A stretch of DNA of 63,008 nucleotides, counting the filler, from Octopus bimaculoides (lineage: Eukaryota), in NCBI RefSeq assembly GCF_001194135.2. It is 6 parts of 5 records of this genome, joined end to end, with 100 filler letters (N's around TTAATTAATTAA, not from the genome) between each part and the next. Parts side by side here need not be neighbours in the genome. Positions count along the whole stretch, not along the records: positions 1 to 13,868 come from NC_068983.1; 5 more parts are not named here. One strand, 5' to 3'. The first letter of the stretch is position 1, and each line of letters opens with the position of its first letter. Made by a program: the position numbers and the translations under genes. The notes beneath the pieces are model-generated. The model was not told the DNA's origin. It made no database searches and saw only the letters and a program-made list of their open reading frames with translations. Positions 1 through 12,801 of this stretch are shown piece after piece.

Positions 1-370
1 TGGAGGTGATGTACAGGAATTATATTATAGAAAAAAATTAAGGTACTCAGAAATCTGGATAGTTGTACATTTACAGATTTTTATTAATATGTGACATGTT
101 TTATAAATCATATAAAGCGCTTTTCACCTAATCTTGTAGGATTTTCAAATTTTTGATTTCACCTTGCGATGCCGTCTCTTTATATATATATAGTTCAGAA
201 AACAAAAGATGAAGACAGGTGAGGGAACAACAAGCAGGTTTGACGCTCGAGAAGAATGGAAAAGTCTTCGGCGTTTCGAGTCTACGCTCTTCGACAAAAA
301 ACATTGAGAGGGAAAAATGGAGAGAGAATGAAAAGAAAACAGAGAGAGAAAAATGTGTAGGGATTAACGT
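1..370 (-). mobile_element. Probable Penelope-like element terminal (pLTR) fragment with degenerate hammerhead-like motif
   Basis: Minus strand 297-270 reads TGTCGA-A-GAGC-GTAG-ACTC-GAAA-CGC, the same architecture as the motif at 47595 that follows a GIY-YIG fragment. The boundaries are approximate. Confidence 0.45.
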
Positions 371-404
371 CTTGTCTTCTTATAAGAAATATCTATAACT
401 AAGA

Positions 405-520
405 AAGCCCGTTGTCAAGCGGTTAAGTAACTGGGCTCTCAATCATGACTTTATGGGTTCAATTCCCACCGCTTCATTTCACACTGCTCCTGTCTACTCG
501 GTTGGCAAAATGAACATTAA
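405..520 (+). mobile_element. Old, diverged SINE family C 5' fragment
   Basis: tRNA-like A/B boxes (GCGGTTAAG...GGTTCAATTCC) followed by TTCACACTGCTCCTGTCTACTCGGTTGGCAAAATGA, similar to TTCACGTTGCTCCAGTCCACTCAGCTGGCAAAAATGA in the copy at 48986-49311. Confidence 0.45.
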
Positions 521-940
521 GAGTGACAGAGTGTCTGGTCAGCAACAACATAGTCTTGCAGTGTTAATAAATTAGAGGTACGACCAAAAACATACGAGCA
601 TTGACGGTGGAAACATTGAGTAGTGGGCTGCTGTGCCCTATCTTTGCCCTTTCATACCTATAACTACATTGATGTGCTTCATGTTTTTTTTTAAGACGTT
701 ATGATGTGGATTCAGGTGAATTCAGCAACTGTTTTAGCTGGCCAATATCATAGAGACTATACGTTAGCCCTTGGATGTTTTAAAGGCATATAGAGTTGCA
801 GACATAGACAGACAGTAGAGAAAGGAAGTGTTTTTTCTTCTTTTTCATATGTATTTATCAGTATAAGTAGGCAGAGACAGGAGGAAGTTTGTCTGTGATA
901 CTTGAGAACATTGTGCTCTAAAGGAAATTGTGAAATTGAT

Positions 941-1007
<67 letters not shown>

Positions 1008-1141
1008 CAGCAGCAGCAGCGCCAGAGCGACAACAACTTCTTCGGCAGGAAAATGATAACAACAGTACCTTCAGGCAGAGAAAATAACAACAAAAGCAAC
1101 AGTAACAGCTGCAACAGCTAATAATCATCATCATCATAATA

Positions 1142-1179
<38 letters not shown>

Positions 1180-1190
1180 AATAATAATAA
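941..1190. repeat. Compound trinucleotide microsatellite (GTA)n(GCA)n...(CAT/AAT/GAT)n
   Basis: Directly visible tandem repeats. Confidence 0.95.
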
Positions 1191-1852
1191 TTGTTTAAGA
1201 ACATCAGCAACCGCAATTACCGTAATAAGAACAAATACAACAGCAGTAACAGCAGACAAACAACAATAACAAAGGCAGCAGTGAATCAAATTAATAAAAT
1301 ACCAAATGCCTGGAACTCTCCAAGTAGCATTGGTGACGAATCGGAAAGGTTTCTGCACTCTCCCGCCCTTTTTTTCGGTTGTAATACAGCCAGCCCTTCC
1401 ATCAAACCATGCTGAATCAATGCTCTATCCGCCCCCTCATACACCTTCACATATATACACACGCACACACACACACACACACAGACATACACATGCACAC
1501 ATGCACACGCTCACATGTACAAATACACACACACACACATGAACATATAGACGCCATTAAAGTGTGACAGGGAGATTAAGACACTGCTTTGTCTTCCAAC
1601 TGACAGATCACGACCAGTTGACAAATGAGAATCTTGTCTACCATGTCATCTACGTTGTGTATGTTTGATTGCTTGTGCTTTTATTATCTTTTTTAAGTCC
1701 TAGCTAATCTTTTTGTTTACTAACTCTAAATCATGCAAATCGCGCTGCAAATGTTAACGTCGGCCTGCGCGCACGCACGCATATGTATGTGTGTACGTGT
1801 GCATATATATTATATACGTATCTGTGTTTGTGACTGTGTGCGCTTGTGTGTA

Positions 1853-1884
<32 letters not shown>

Positions 1885-3024
1885 AGTGTGTGTGTGAATT
1901 GGCGTGAATATGTGCGTTATAATAGATTGAATATGTTTGTGTTTAATACTTTAAATCATGCAAACTGCCCTGAAAACGTTAATATGAGCATGTATGTTTT
2001 ATTCCAATGTATATGTGCATGCGAGCGCATGTGAGTGCCTGTTTGTGTGTGTGTTTATGTGTGTGTGCGCGCGCGAGCGCATGCGTCCGGGTGTTATGAA
2101 TTTTTATACGTGTATATATATATCCGTATATGTGTATGGATTTGAGTGCATTCGCACGCATAATCATGTTTATGCGATTTTATTTTCGAGTGTACGTGTG
2201 CCGTGTGTGTATGTGTTGTATGAAAAGTGTTTGTATGAAAATTTGCCTTTGTTTATGCATAGCTTTATCTGTTTGTCTATATCTTCCTGTGAGTAAGTAT
2301 TGCTTTTAGCTAAGCAATTTAAATGTATGTATGTCTATATGTACATACTCAAGTGTATGTGTATTTTTGTGAGTGTGGGTGGATAAATATAAACATATGT
2401 GTGTAAACATAAGTTTGTAAATATCTCGAGTGTGCAGAATAGTTTATTTGTGCATATGTATGCGTGTATATTTGCTATTCTGCGTTAGCGTGAATATATG
2501 TGCTTGTTTCTGCACGCGTTTATATGAATCAGTATAAACATGTGCAAATATCAATGAACTTATTCGCATAAGTGTTTAGGAATTTAAGAAAAGTGTTTAC
2601 CTCTCTGGGGAATTTTCAGAGAAGTTGTCTGTGTCTTTGTACGTGTCTATAGACGGGCGGGATAACTGAGTGATTCAGTAGTTCATTTCTCAATCATGAG
2701 GAAATTTTGATTCTATTGCTTACCATCTTGCTATCTTTTGACAAAGCTTTGGGTTTACACAAACTTTGTGAATAAAATTGGATCGATGAAAACCGTGTAT
2801 AAGACTATCAGATGGATAGTACCTGTAAATCGAAAGGCTATTTACCTGAGTATTATGTTGACGGCACAGGTGTATGTAGAATACTCAGCTTTTTCCACCC
2901 TAATTGTGTGTAGCTAGTCTAATTGAAATAACTGGAACAAACATCGTCGAAACTGATGGAGGAACCATTCACATTATTTGTATGCGTATACGTATGCTTA
3001 CGCACATGCATATACATATGTATG

Positions 3025-3026
<2 letters not shown>

Positions 3027-3095
<69 letters not shown>
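3027..3095. repeat. (TG)n microsatellite running into an assembly gap
   Basis: Directly visible. Confidence 0.97.
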
Positions 3096-3463
3096 NNNNN
3101 NNNNNNNNNNNNNNNNNNNNNNNNNNNNNNNNNNNNNNNNNNNNNNNNNNNNNNNNNNNNNNNNNNNNNNNNNNNNNNNNNNNNNNNNNNNNNNNNNNNN
3201 NNNNNNNNNNNNNNNNNNNNNNNNNNNNNNNNNNNNNNNNNNNNNNNNNNNNNNNNNNNNNNNNNNNNNNNNNNNNNNNNNNNNNNNNNNNNNNNNNNNN
3301 NNNNNNNNNNNNNNNNNNNNNNNNNNNNNNNNNNNNNNNNNNNNNNNNNNNNNNNNNNNNNNNNNNNNNNNNNNNNNNNNNNNNNNNNNNNNNNNNNNNN
3401 NNNNNNNNNNNNNNNNNNNNNNNNNNNNNNNNNNNNNNNNNNNNNNNNNNNNNNNNNNNNNNN

Positions 3464-3639
3464 GTTGGTATGTTTAGGTCCGCGTAACTTAGCGGTTCGG
3501 TAAAAGGAGACCGATAGAATAAGTACTAGGCTTACAAAGAATAAGTCCTGGGGTCGATTTGATTCGACTAAAGGCGGTGCTCCAGCATAGCCGCAGTCAA
3601 ATGACTGAAACAAGTAAAAGAATAAAAGAATAAAAGAAT
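3464..3639 (+). mobile_element. SINE family A, 3' half
   Basis: GAGACCGATAGAATAAGTACTAGGCTTACAAAGAATAAGTCCTGGGGTCGATTTG...GGCGGTGCTCCAGCAT...CAGTCAAATGACTGAAAC plus an (AAAAGAAT)n tail; near-identical to 20365-20500 and 38660-38780. Confidence 0.85.
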
Positions 3640-3973
3640 GCTGATATGCGTATACCCATGGTAAGTGTAAATATCAATATACGTTCATGCTTTCTTGAAG
3701 TTATTTGGATACAGATATGTGTGCGTAAGTGCTTGGAGTTGTGAGTTTACATGAATATATGTATGTGTACGGTGTGTAGATGTGTGCGAATACGTACCAA
3801 GAGACATGAGTACGTAAATATGAATGCATGAATGCTCAAAGATATGCGTATATTCTAATATATCAGCAGGTGTTGTCGGGTGTATATATGAATATCTGAA
3901 CATATCAGCATGCTTACTCATTGACGTATATACGAATATATGTGCGCATGAGTGCTGAAATGCATATATATAT

Positions 3974-4036
<63 letters not shown>

Positions 4037-4303
4037 NNNNNNNNNNNNNNNNNNNNNNNNNNNNNNNNNNNNNNNNNNNNNNNNNNNNNNNNNNNNNNNN
4101 NNNNNNNNNNNNNNNNNNNNNNNNNNNNNNNNNNNNNNNNNNNNNNNNNNNNNNNNNNNNNNNNNNNNNNNNNNNNNNNNNNNNNNNNNNNNNNNNNNNG
4201 TATGTATGTGTGTATGTATGCATGTATGTATGTATATATTCACATATGAGCTGAAGCACGTATAGGTGTATTTATATGTGTTTTATATCTATATGTCTGT
4301 GCG

Positions 4304-4352
<49 letters not shown>

Positions 4353-4660
4353 GCTATTCGTATTTATTGGTCTGTTGATCCATGCGTAAGTTATGTGTTG
4401 ATATGCAAATACCCCGCATATACTTAACAAACCAATAACAACGGCATAATCTCACGCACATATAGGCGTATAGAAATGCATAAACGAAGGTATGCACACA
4501 TATGCACAAGCCTAAACTTATACACAAGCTTCATGCATGATTTTGTGTATACACATATACATACACATATATATTTCTTAATTAATGTGAATGTATTGTA
4601 TATGTATATACATACACAGACACATACATATGTATGTATGTGTAATGTATTATATATATA

Positions 4661-4702
<42 letters not shown>

Positions 4703-5378
4703 NNNNNNNNNNNNNNNNNNNNNNNNNNNNNNNNNNNNNNNNNNNNNNNNNNNNNNNNNNNNNNNNNNNNNNNNNNNNNNNNNNNNNNNNNNNNNNNNNN
4801 NNNNNNNNNNNNNNNNNNNNNNNNNNNNNNNNNNNNNNNNNNNNNNNNNNNNNNNNNNNNNNNNNNNNNNNNNNNNNNNNNNNNNNNNNNNNNNNNNNNN
4901 NNNNNNNNNNNNNNNNNNNNNNNNNNNNNNNNNNNNNNNNNNNNNNNNNNNNNNNNNNNNNNNNNNNNNNNNNNNNNNNNNNNNNNNNNNNNNNNNNNNN
5001 NNNNNNNNNNNNNNNNNNNNNNNNNNNNNNNNNNNNNNNNNNNNNNNNNNNNNNNNNNNNNNNNNNNNNNNNNNNNNNNNNNNNNNNNNNNNNNNNNNNN
5101 NNNNNNNNNNNNNNNNNNNNNNNNNNNNNNNNNNNNNNNNNNNNNNNNNNNNNNNNNNNNNNNNNNNNNNNNNNNNNNNNNNNNNNNNNNNNNNNNNNNN
5201 NNNNNNNNNNNNNNNNNNNNNNNNNNNNNNNNNNNNNNNNNNNNNNNNNNNNNNNNNNNNNNNNNNNNNNNNNNNNNNNNNNNNNNNNNNNNNNNNNNNN
5301 NNNNNNNNNNNNNNNNNNNNNNNNNNNTCAATCTTTCACTTGATATAACACCATATATATATATGTATATATATATAC

Positions 5379-5434
<56 letters not shown>

Positions 5435-5879
5435 CATATATATATATAGCCTTTAGTATCTCTAGTTTCGAGTATTTTAACCAGGTTTCCAGTCTAACGA
5501 TAACCACTAAAAACACCATCCTTTCTCTTCTCAGTTGTTAGAAATCTTTTTATGCAACTATACTTATGTAATTTTAGCTGTGCATGTGCGCATGTGTGTT
5601 TGTGTTCGTCCATGCGTGTTTACATAGTTACCGATGTTGATTAAGCAGTGGAACCATAATTGAAAGGACTGACGCTTCATTCTTGTCTCTTGTGCATGTT
5701 TGTGACTATTGCCAACAGTCTGACTACTAACGATAAAAAAAAACCCTTCCCATATATTTATCTCACTATGTTTAGCAGTAGTGGTACTGTATATTCATTG
5801 TGTATTTATAAACTGACTGTGCTAAATTCAAATGTATGTTTAAACCTGTCGATTAATTGATTGATATTGAATCATACAC

Positions 5880-6170
5880 CAATGTTCTCTAACTAATGCT
5901 ACGCGGATATATAGCTTCTCTGCAACTATACTAGATTTCCAACCTTCCTAGCACTTCCACTCAGGCCTGGTCAGTTTATTACGGCTTTATCAATAAACCT
6001 GTTTCTCTTGATATCATTGTCCTTATTGTGTATCACCCACCAGCGCCCTACACTATAAAAGTTTTCCACCTGCAACATTCTGGGATTCCCTCCCTGTCTA
6101 TGATTTTTCTGTCGGTGTTCACCAGCAAATGATCAAATTGAATATCGAACGCATCGATCTCAGAAGACTG
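5880..6170 (+). mobile_element. Degenerate CR1/L2-superfamily LINE 3' fragment
   Basis: Translates as ...FWDSLPVYDFSVGVHQQMIKLNIERIDL, resembling the LWNSLP...F...LQ.FK..IN C-terminus of CR1/L2/Crack-type ORF2. Confidence 0.45.
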
Positions 6171-6238
6171 CGAGGGCTTATAGAGCTCAATGTATGTGTA
6201 TGTGTATATATATATAAGTATACACACACACAGACACA

Positions 6239-6296
<58 letters not shown>

Positions 6297-7861
6297 NNNN
6301 NNNNNNNNNNNNNNNNNNNNNNNNNNNNNNNNNNNNNNNNNNNNNNNNNNNNNNNNNNNNNNNNNNNNNNNNNNNNNNNNNNNNNNNNNNNNNNNNNNNN
6401 NNNNNNNNNNNNNNNNNNNNNNNNNNNNNNNNNNNNNNNNNNNNNNNNNNNNNNNNNNNNNNNNNNNNNNNNNNNNNNNNNNNNNNNNNNNNNNNNNNNN
6501 NNNNNNNNNNNNNNNNNNNNNNNNNNNNNNNNNNNNNNNNNNNNNNNNNNNNNNNNNNNNNNNNNNNNNNNNNNNNNNNNNNNNNNNNNNNNNNNNNNNN
6601 NNNNNNNNNNNNNNNNNNNNNNNNNNNNNNNNNNNNNNNNNNNNNNNNNNNNNNNNNNNNNNNNNNNNNNNNNNNNNNNNNNNNNNNNNNNNNNNNNNNN
6701 NNNNNNNNNNNNNNNNNNNNNNNNNNNNNNNNNNNNNNNNNNNNNNNNNNNNNNNNNNNNNNNNNNNNNNNNNNNNNNNNNNNNNNNNNNNNNNNNNNNN
6801 NNNNNNNNNNNNNNNNNNNNNNNNNNNNNNNNNNNNNNNNNNNNNNNNNNNNNNNNNNNNNNNNNNNNNNNNNNNNNNNNNNNNNNNNNNNNNNNNNNNN
6901 NNNNNNNNNNNNNNNNNNNNNNNNNNNNNNNNNNNNCTCTCTCTCTCTCTCTCTCTCTCAAGACATTTAACTTTTACAGCAAAACATAAAGATTATATGA
7001 AGACAGAGCATCCTTCAAAAAGTACAATTAGTTCGTGCGAGAGCAAATATCATTTAATTATGAACAAAAGATGAGAGAAATTACAAAATGTCCGAAAACT
7101 TAAAGATCTCAGCACCAAATATTTCTGAGATGTTTACCTTCGATAGAGTGGTCATTTATCCAACATGAGATTTAACTTTTATCATTTAATATTAGAGAAA
7201 CCGGAATTAAATAACTACTTCCATTGGTCTATCTTACTTATTTGTTTGCTTGGTTATCCTCTCTCTGTAAAGGAAGGCTCTCTAAGATAAAACGGGATGT
7301 TATGTGGCAGCAGTCCATAACTAGAAATTAACCAAATGATACATGATGCAAATTCTATGATGAGAATGAAATAAGAGTTGAGAAGGCCGTCACTGAAGAT
7401 CATTGATTTTTTGCCAAAAACATTATATAAATAACAACAATTTATGATACATGTTGTTGGAAGTATTCACTGTGTTATAAATATTAACCAACGACCCTCA
7501 TCCAAGATATTTTAAAGTATAAATAGGTTTCCGAAAAATTATTATTATTATTTTTTTTTTTTTTTTTTTGTAAGTTGGGGATCAACTAAGGATTAATCGT
7601 ATTTAGAGGCAAACAGGTGAAATAAATATTTCGGACATTGTCCACAAGAATTCAGATTTATACAAGAAGGACAAATATTATTTTGGAAAATTCATACCTA
7701 TCATCAGACGATATTATTAACAAAGGAATGGTTTGAGTGAAATGGCTATTAGTAGAAATCGAATCCCCGTGAAAAGCTTACCCTAAAGCTTCATGATGAT
7801 GAAGAAGAGGAAGCGGGGTTTGTGTGGTGATGGTAGTCGTGATGATGATGGTTTTGCTCGG

Positions 7862-7904
<43 letters not shown>

Positions 7905-8100
7905 GCTGGGCGAAATGCTTAGTATTTCGCTCGTCGCTACGTTCTGATTTCAAATTCCGCCGAGCTCGACTTTGCCTTTCATCCTTCGGGGTCGATAAAT
8001 TAAGTACCAGTTGCGTATTGGGGTCGATCTAATCGACTGACCCCATCCCACCCAAAAATATCAGGCCTTCTGCCATAGCAGAAAGGATTATTATTATTAT

Positions 8101-8101
<1 letters not shown>
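7905..8101 (+). mobile_element. SINE family B, 5'-truncated, within an (ATT)n array
   Basis: GGGCGAAATGCTTAG...TTCAAATTCCGCCGAG.TCGACTTTGCCTTTCATCCTTCGGGGTCGATAAATTAAGTACCAG...GAAAGGATTATTATT; matches the full copy at 34969-35179. Confidence 0.85.
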
Positions 8102-8192
<91 letters not shown>

Positions 8193-8200
8193 ACAGCAGC
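8100..8200. repeat. (AGT)n(AGC)n microsatellite
   Basis: Directly visible. Confidence 0.95.
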
Positions 8201-10164
8201 AGCAAACATCAACAAAGACAAAAGCACGATCTCCAACAAGAGAAAAGCAGTACCACCTTTTGGAGGAAAAAAAAACCCAAAAAAAGAACAGACTGAAAAC
8301 AAAGAAACAGACAACTAACATCGACAATAAAGGGAGGGGGGAAAGGTGTTGTAAGTTGATGGTTTGCTCATGTATTATTTCTACAGCAGGACTGCATGAT
8401 TTAATCAGATTAGCAGCTTTGTTTTGTTCTGGCAATTGTTAAGTAAACATTTATGCCATCGTCATGTTTTCTTGCAAGTTGGAAACTGCTGCTTCTGGTT
8501 GGAAAAGAGATGTGGTGGAAGAGGGGGGAAACTTCACGAAATAAACATATAAATAAAGTACAGTAAAGTAAAATAAATGGCGAACAATCTAGCAAACAAA
8601 GTGTTTCTTTTTTAAAAAAAAATAACAAATATATACGTTAACAATAACGAAATTTTTCGATAAAATCGTGCGAAGGCGTATTTTGATCCTAGCATCTATC
8701 GACTTTTTTTTTTGTTTTTTTACTAATTTTACCTGTTTTTATTGCTGTTGTTTTTTTTGTGTGTAAGAGAGGCAGAGATTATTCTATTTTTTAATTTTAT
8801 TTCATGATTCGTTTTAAAACTTCAAAAATATAATACGAAAAAAAAATTGAACTTACAAATAATTTTTTTTTTCTTTTAAATATAACAATAATACAAATAA
8901 CAACATTCACATTCATAACGACAACAATAATATTAGCATCAATAAGAAAAATAACAACAATAACCATAACAGTCGATAACAAATTTAACAAAGACATGTA
9001 CAGAAGTTCGTAAAAAAGAACATGTCGGGAAAATAAAATAATGACAAGAAAGACAAGATTTAACAAAGAAATAATATACAAAATATTTTCCCCAACATTC
9101 TGTCGACTTGAATATTTTCCTTTTTTGTTTCTTTTTTTTTTTTTGTTCAATTGTCAAGCTGTTTTGTTATTCTGATGTGCATAGTTTAGCGTTATTTTCC
9201 CCGCTGTTGTTTACAAAATACCATTCTATTCAAGATGGCCGATGTAGTAATGCCATGCCAGAAACACAGAAGCGATCGAATGAAACGATTGCTGTCATAT
9301 TGACAGTTCTATTGATAACAGACGACACTTAATATTCAACGTTCAAACACAGTTGTTTGATTTAACATACTAAAACACTGCTTTATATACATACATACAT
9401 GTATACATACATAAACACATACATACATACATACATACATACATACATACATACATACATACATACATACGTATATATATGTCTATGTATGTATGTGTGT
9501 GCGTGCGCGTATGTGTGGGTGTGTGGGTGTGTGTCTTCTACTTTTTACTTATTATAAATCTTCCACTGAGGAGGGATCCGGTTTCCACAAAGATACGAGG
9601 CTCTTTTCCACAGGACGCCTGAAAGTGTTGCGCCCGATTTGTGAGTTTTACGGCTGTTGCAAAAAGCAGATCGAAATTGGTGGAAGAAATCCTCTATTTC
9701 AAATGCAAGGAGAAAAAATATGGACCAAAAAGGGCCACCTCTGTATACAAGATATTTACTTGTATGGTGGGGTTGAAGCTGAGGAGAGGGTGCGTAGAGG
9801 TTCAGGAGTGGGAAGGGTTGGTTTTAAAATAATGTGTGACCGAGTATATATATGTGTGTGTACTTGTCTGTATCAAAGTTGGGTGTGGGAAATCTTATAT
9901 TAATGCCTCAGATTGCAATAAGGGGAAAGTGTCGATAGGGGAAGCTCCAACGATTATATTTATGGTATGATCGGCCAAATTGATAAGATATATCTACGGT
10001 CATGAGGGCAGTAGCAAAACAGTTCACTTTTACAGTTTAGGCAAATAAAGGAAGTCCTTTAAAATTATTCTTTTCTGAGCTATGCACTGTCTACTCTTCC
10101 TACTGCTGTTAAAATACGTTTTGTACTTTTATAGTATTCTCTACTTCATGTGGTAATGCATAGG

Positions 10165-10285
10165 GTTTTTCTTCAATGCTGGTATGTGCCCCGCTAGGGT
10201 TGTAATTTCTCCTCTCTTCAATATTAAACTAGGACTTGTGGATGTTGAATTTGATTCTGAAGGGACCTTCTGTAGCGCCACATAT
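10165..10285 (-). mobile_element. Penelope-like GIY-YIG endonuclease fragment (pseudogenised)
   Basis: Minus strand translates (YV)GATEGPFRIKFNIHKS*FN, resembling the YIG.TE..FK.R.N.HKSSF part of PLE GIY-YIG domains. Confidence 0.5.
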
Positions 10286-10402
10286 CATTTCATATATGCA
10301 CAACAGGTTAAACTATTGGAAAAGAAAAATTCCTAACACCGGGCTACAAGTAACCTTACATGTCAAGAACCTTCCTAAGTACCCTAGCTGTCCTTAATAA
10401 CA

Positions 10403-10403
<1 letters not shown>
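10283..10403 (-). mobile_element. R4/Dong-like RLE LINE, extreme 3' remnant (copy a)
   Basis: Minus strand: (AAT)n then MLLRTARVLRKVLDM* and a short UTR; matches the LLGTARILRKVL* terminus seen in copy f. Confidence 0.65.
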
Positions 10404-10462
<59 letters not shown>

Positions 10463-10504
10463 CATCATCATCGTCATTATCATCATCATTATCATTATCC
10501 TCTT

Positions 10505-11030
10505 CTTTCAATTTTGTTTCTATTTCTTGCAAAGTGTTTTCCCGACACCTAGCGCAAAGAAACTCACTGTATACATTGGTAAGCCACTAAAATAAATACA
10601 CTAGATTGTTCATTTACAAAATCATGTGATAGAAAAAAGGGGAAGAAAGACAGAGAAAAAGGAAAGGAAAAGGAAAAAATGAAAAAGAAAGCAAAGAAAA
10701 TAAAGGGGGAAAAGGAATTTCTCAGCAACAATGCTCTTCTCAGTGCGTGCGACGTATCAGTTAAAACAATCTTTTGCACTTCCTGCACAGATGGTAAGCT
10801 AGGGATCATTTTCAAGTAATTTTCCGTTCCTTTTCTGATCATTCCAATTGCTCCTGAAATCACTGGTATTGTGTAACTGTCTTGAGACGCCACATGTTCT
10901 TCGATTTCAATTAGCAAATCTTTATATTTTCTGAGCTTATCAAAATCTTTTACCGAGATATTATGACCACAAGGTATGCTCCTGTCAATAAATAAACAGA
11001 CTTTATTGCTTTGGTCTTTCACAATATCTG
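10505..11030 (-). mobile_element. R4/Dong-like RLE LINE 3' fragment (copy b)
   Basis: PDIV-KDQSNKVCLFIDRSIPCGHNISVKDFDKLRKYKDLLIEI...PVISGAIGMI...VQKIVLTDTSHALRRAL (PD..D..K RLE motif), then a 3' UTR ending at (GAT/AAT)n; the 5' junction abuts (AAT)n. Confidence 0.85.
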
Positions 11031-11050
11031 ATTATTATTATCATTATTAT

Positions 11051-11667
11051 TTCTTTTATCACAGGTTTTGTTGGAAATCCCGGAGTCTTGCGTAACGGGC
11101 TTGCTGCCTGTAGCCTGTCTGCTCTTTTCAACAATCTAATACTCTCCTGATTATTCTGTCTGTGCCAAGAAGTCAAACATTTTGTAACCGTTCTACTGGG
11201 CACTCTATTCCAATTTCCTTTATATTCCTTTTGATGCCTTCTGATACTGTCCCCAAGGACCCAGCAATAATTGGCCCTATCTTCACATTTTCAATTTTCC
11301 ATAGCCGGGCTATTTTGTATTTATGAGGGTTGTATTTATCTATTTTTTCGCCTTCCTTCTTGACTATTCGTGAGTCAGCGGGTCAAAGGGACACGCAACA
11401 TCAGCTATATAGCACATGTGGCGCATCTTCGTCGACCACCTCTAGGTCCGGAATGTTATGCTCTAGCACCTGATCTGTTTGAATTAGGAAATCCCAGAGG
11501 ATTTTGCAAGTCTCCGACTCCTCCACTCTGTGCGGTTTGAGCTCATACCACGTCTTGCCTCTCTCTAACCCCCACTCTTCGCACAGTTTCCAAAGTAGCA
11601 CTTCCGCTATCTTATCGTATCGCCATAACATATTATGGTTTTGGGCAAGTCTAGAGCATTCGTTCGT

Positions 11668-11669
<2 letters not shown>
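11051..11669 (-). mobile_element. R4/Dong-like RLE LINE 3' fragment (copy c)
   Basis: ECSRLAQ...WRYDKIAEVLLWKLCEEWGLERGKTWYELKPHRVEESETCKILWDFLIQTDQVLEHNIPDLEVVD; (AAT)n at both junctions. Confidence 0.85.
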
Positions 11670-11732
<63 letters not shown>

Positions 11733-11740
11733 ATTTATCT

Positions 11741-11936
11741 CGCTGAGCGATATGTTAAGCAACATTTCGTCCGTCTTCACGTTCTGAGTTCAAGTTCCGC
11801 CGAGGTCAACTTTGCTTTTCATTCTTTCGGGGTTGATAAATTAAATACAAGTGAAACACTGTGGTCCATGTAATCGACTAGTCCTCACCAATCAATTTCA
11901 GGCTTTGTACCTTTAGTAGAAAGGATCATTATTATT

Positions 11937-11937
<1 letters not shown>
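11741..11937 (+). mobile_element. SINE family B within an (ATT/ATC)n array
   Basis: TTCTGAGTTCAAGTTCCGCCGAGGTCAACTTTGCTTTTCATTCTTTCGGGGTTGATAAATTAA...AGTAGAAAGGATCATTATTATT. Confidence 0.8.
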
Positions 11938-11989
<52 letters not shown>

Positions 11990-11992
11990 TAT

Positions 11993-12801
11993 TTACTTTT
12001 AATCTGCATGTCTGTTACAATCTCCCAGTGTCCTATAGCGAGTGAAGGATAAGAGATGTTACAGCATGACTGAAAGCTTGGGGAGGGGAAGTGGCAAGGA
12101 CAGTAGCGAAATATTTTCATTTAATGCAACACAGACATTTAAATTGATAGGGTTTTTCTAAGGATGTGGGAAGTATGTGTCAGCAAAATCTCTTGGATTT
12201 CTCTGAGACATGGTTCTCCTGGGATATTATCTAGGTGTTTCTGACATCCCTGTCTTATCATACATAGAGCACCCACAATAACAGGTACCATTCTCGCTTT
12301 AAGATGCCGCATCTTTTGTATATCAGTTTCCAGGTCCTCATATTTACTTAATTTGTCAAATTCTTTACCTCTACAAGTATTTTCTTCCCTGTCTTTAATG
12401 ACTATGTCTGGTTGATTATCCTGGATTATTTTGTCGATGCTGACTGGAAAATCCTAGAGGTTAGTGACATTTTTACTTTCAACGACTGGCTCAGGATGAA
12501 GTTCATACCAGTAAGCAGGAGTGATGTTTTTGTTGTGTTTACATACTTTCCAATGTAAATACTGTCCTACCCTATCGTGGCGACTTTTGTATTTGTTTGG
12601 TGTCTTCACAAGACATCCCGAAACGTGATAGTCTATCGTTTCATCAAATTTATCGTAGAATCTACACTTAGGATCAGAACTATTTTGAAGAATGTTAGCC
12701 TGGTACTTTTTGGTAAGTAAGTAATCTTGTGCCGCTAATATGAAACCTTTAGTCTCTACTTTCAGTCCTGAGCTTCTCAACCACTGACTGGTTGCTGTTT
12801 G
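11993..12801 (-). mobile_element. R4/Dong-like RLE LINE 3' fragment (copy d)
   Basis: QWLRSSGLKVETKGFILAAQD...DPKCRF...ETIDYHVSGC...YKSRHDRVGQYLHWKVC...WYELHPEPVVE...NQPDIVIKD...VPVIVGAL...LRKTLSI* (degenerate CCHC knuckle plus RLE); AAT/GAT repeats at both ends. Confidence 0.88.

Noticed and set aside
9230-9330. Minus-strand peptide MTAIVSFDRF resembling a GPCR TM3 DRY motif
   Set aside because: The frame is only ~33 codons between stops, with no flanking TM helices or convincing splice sites.
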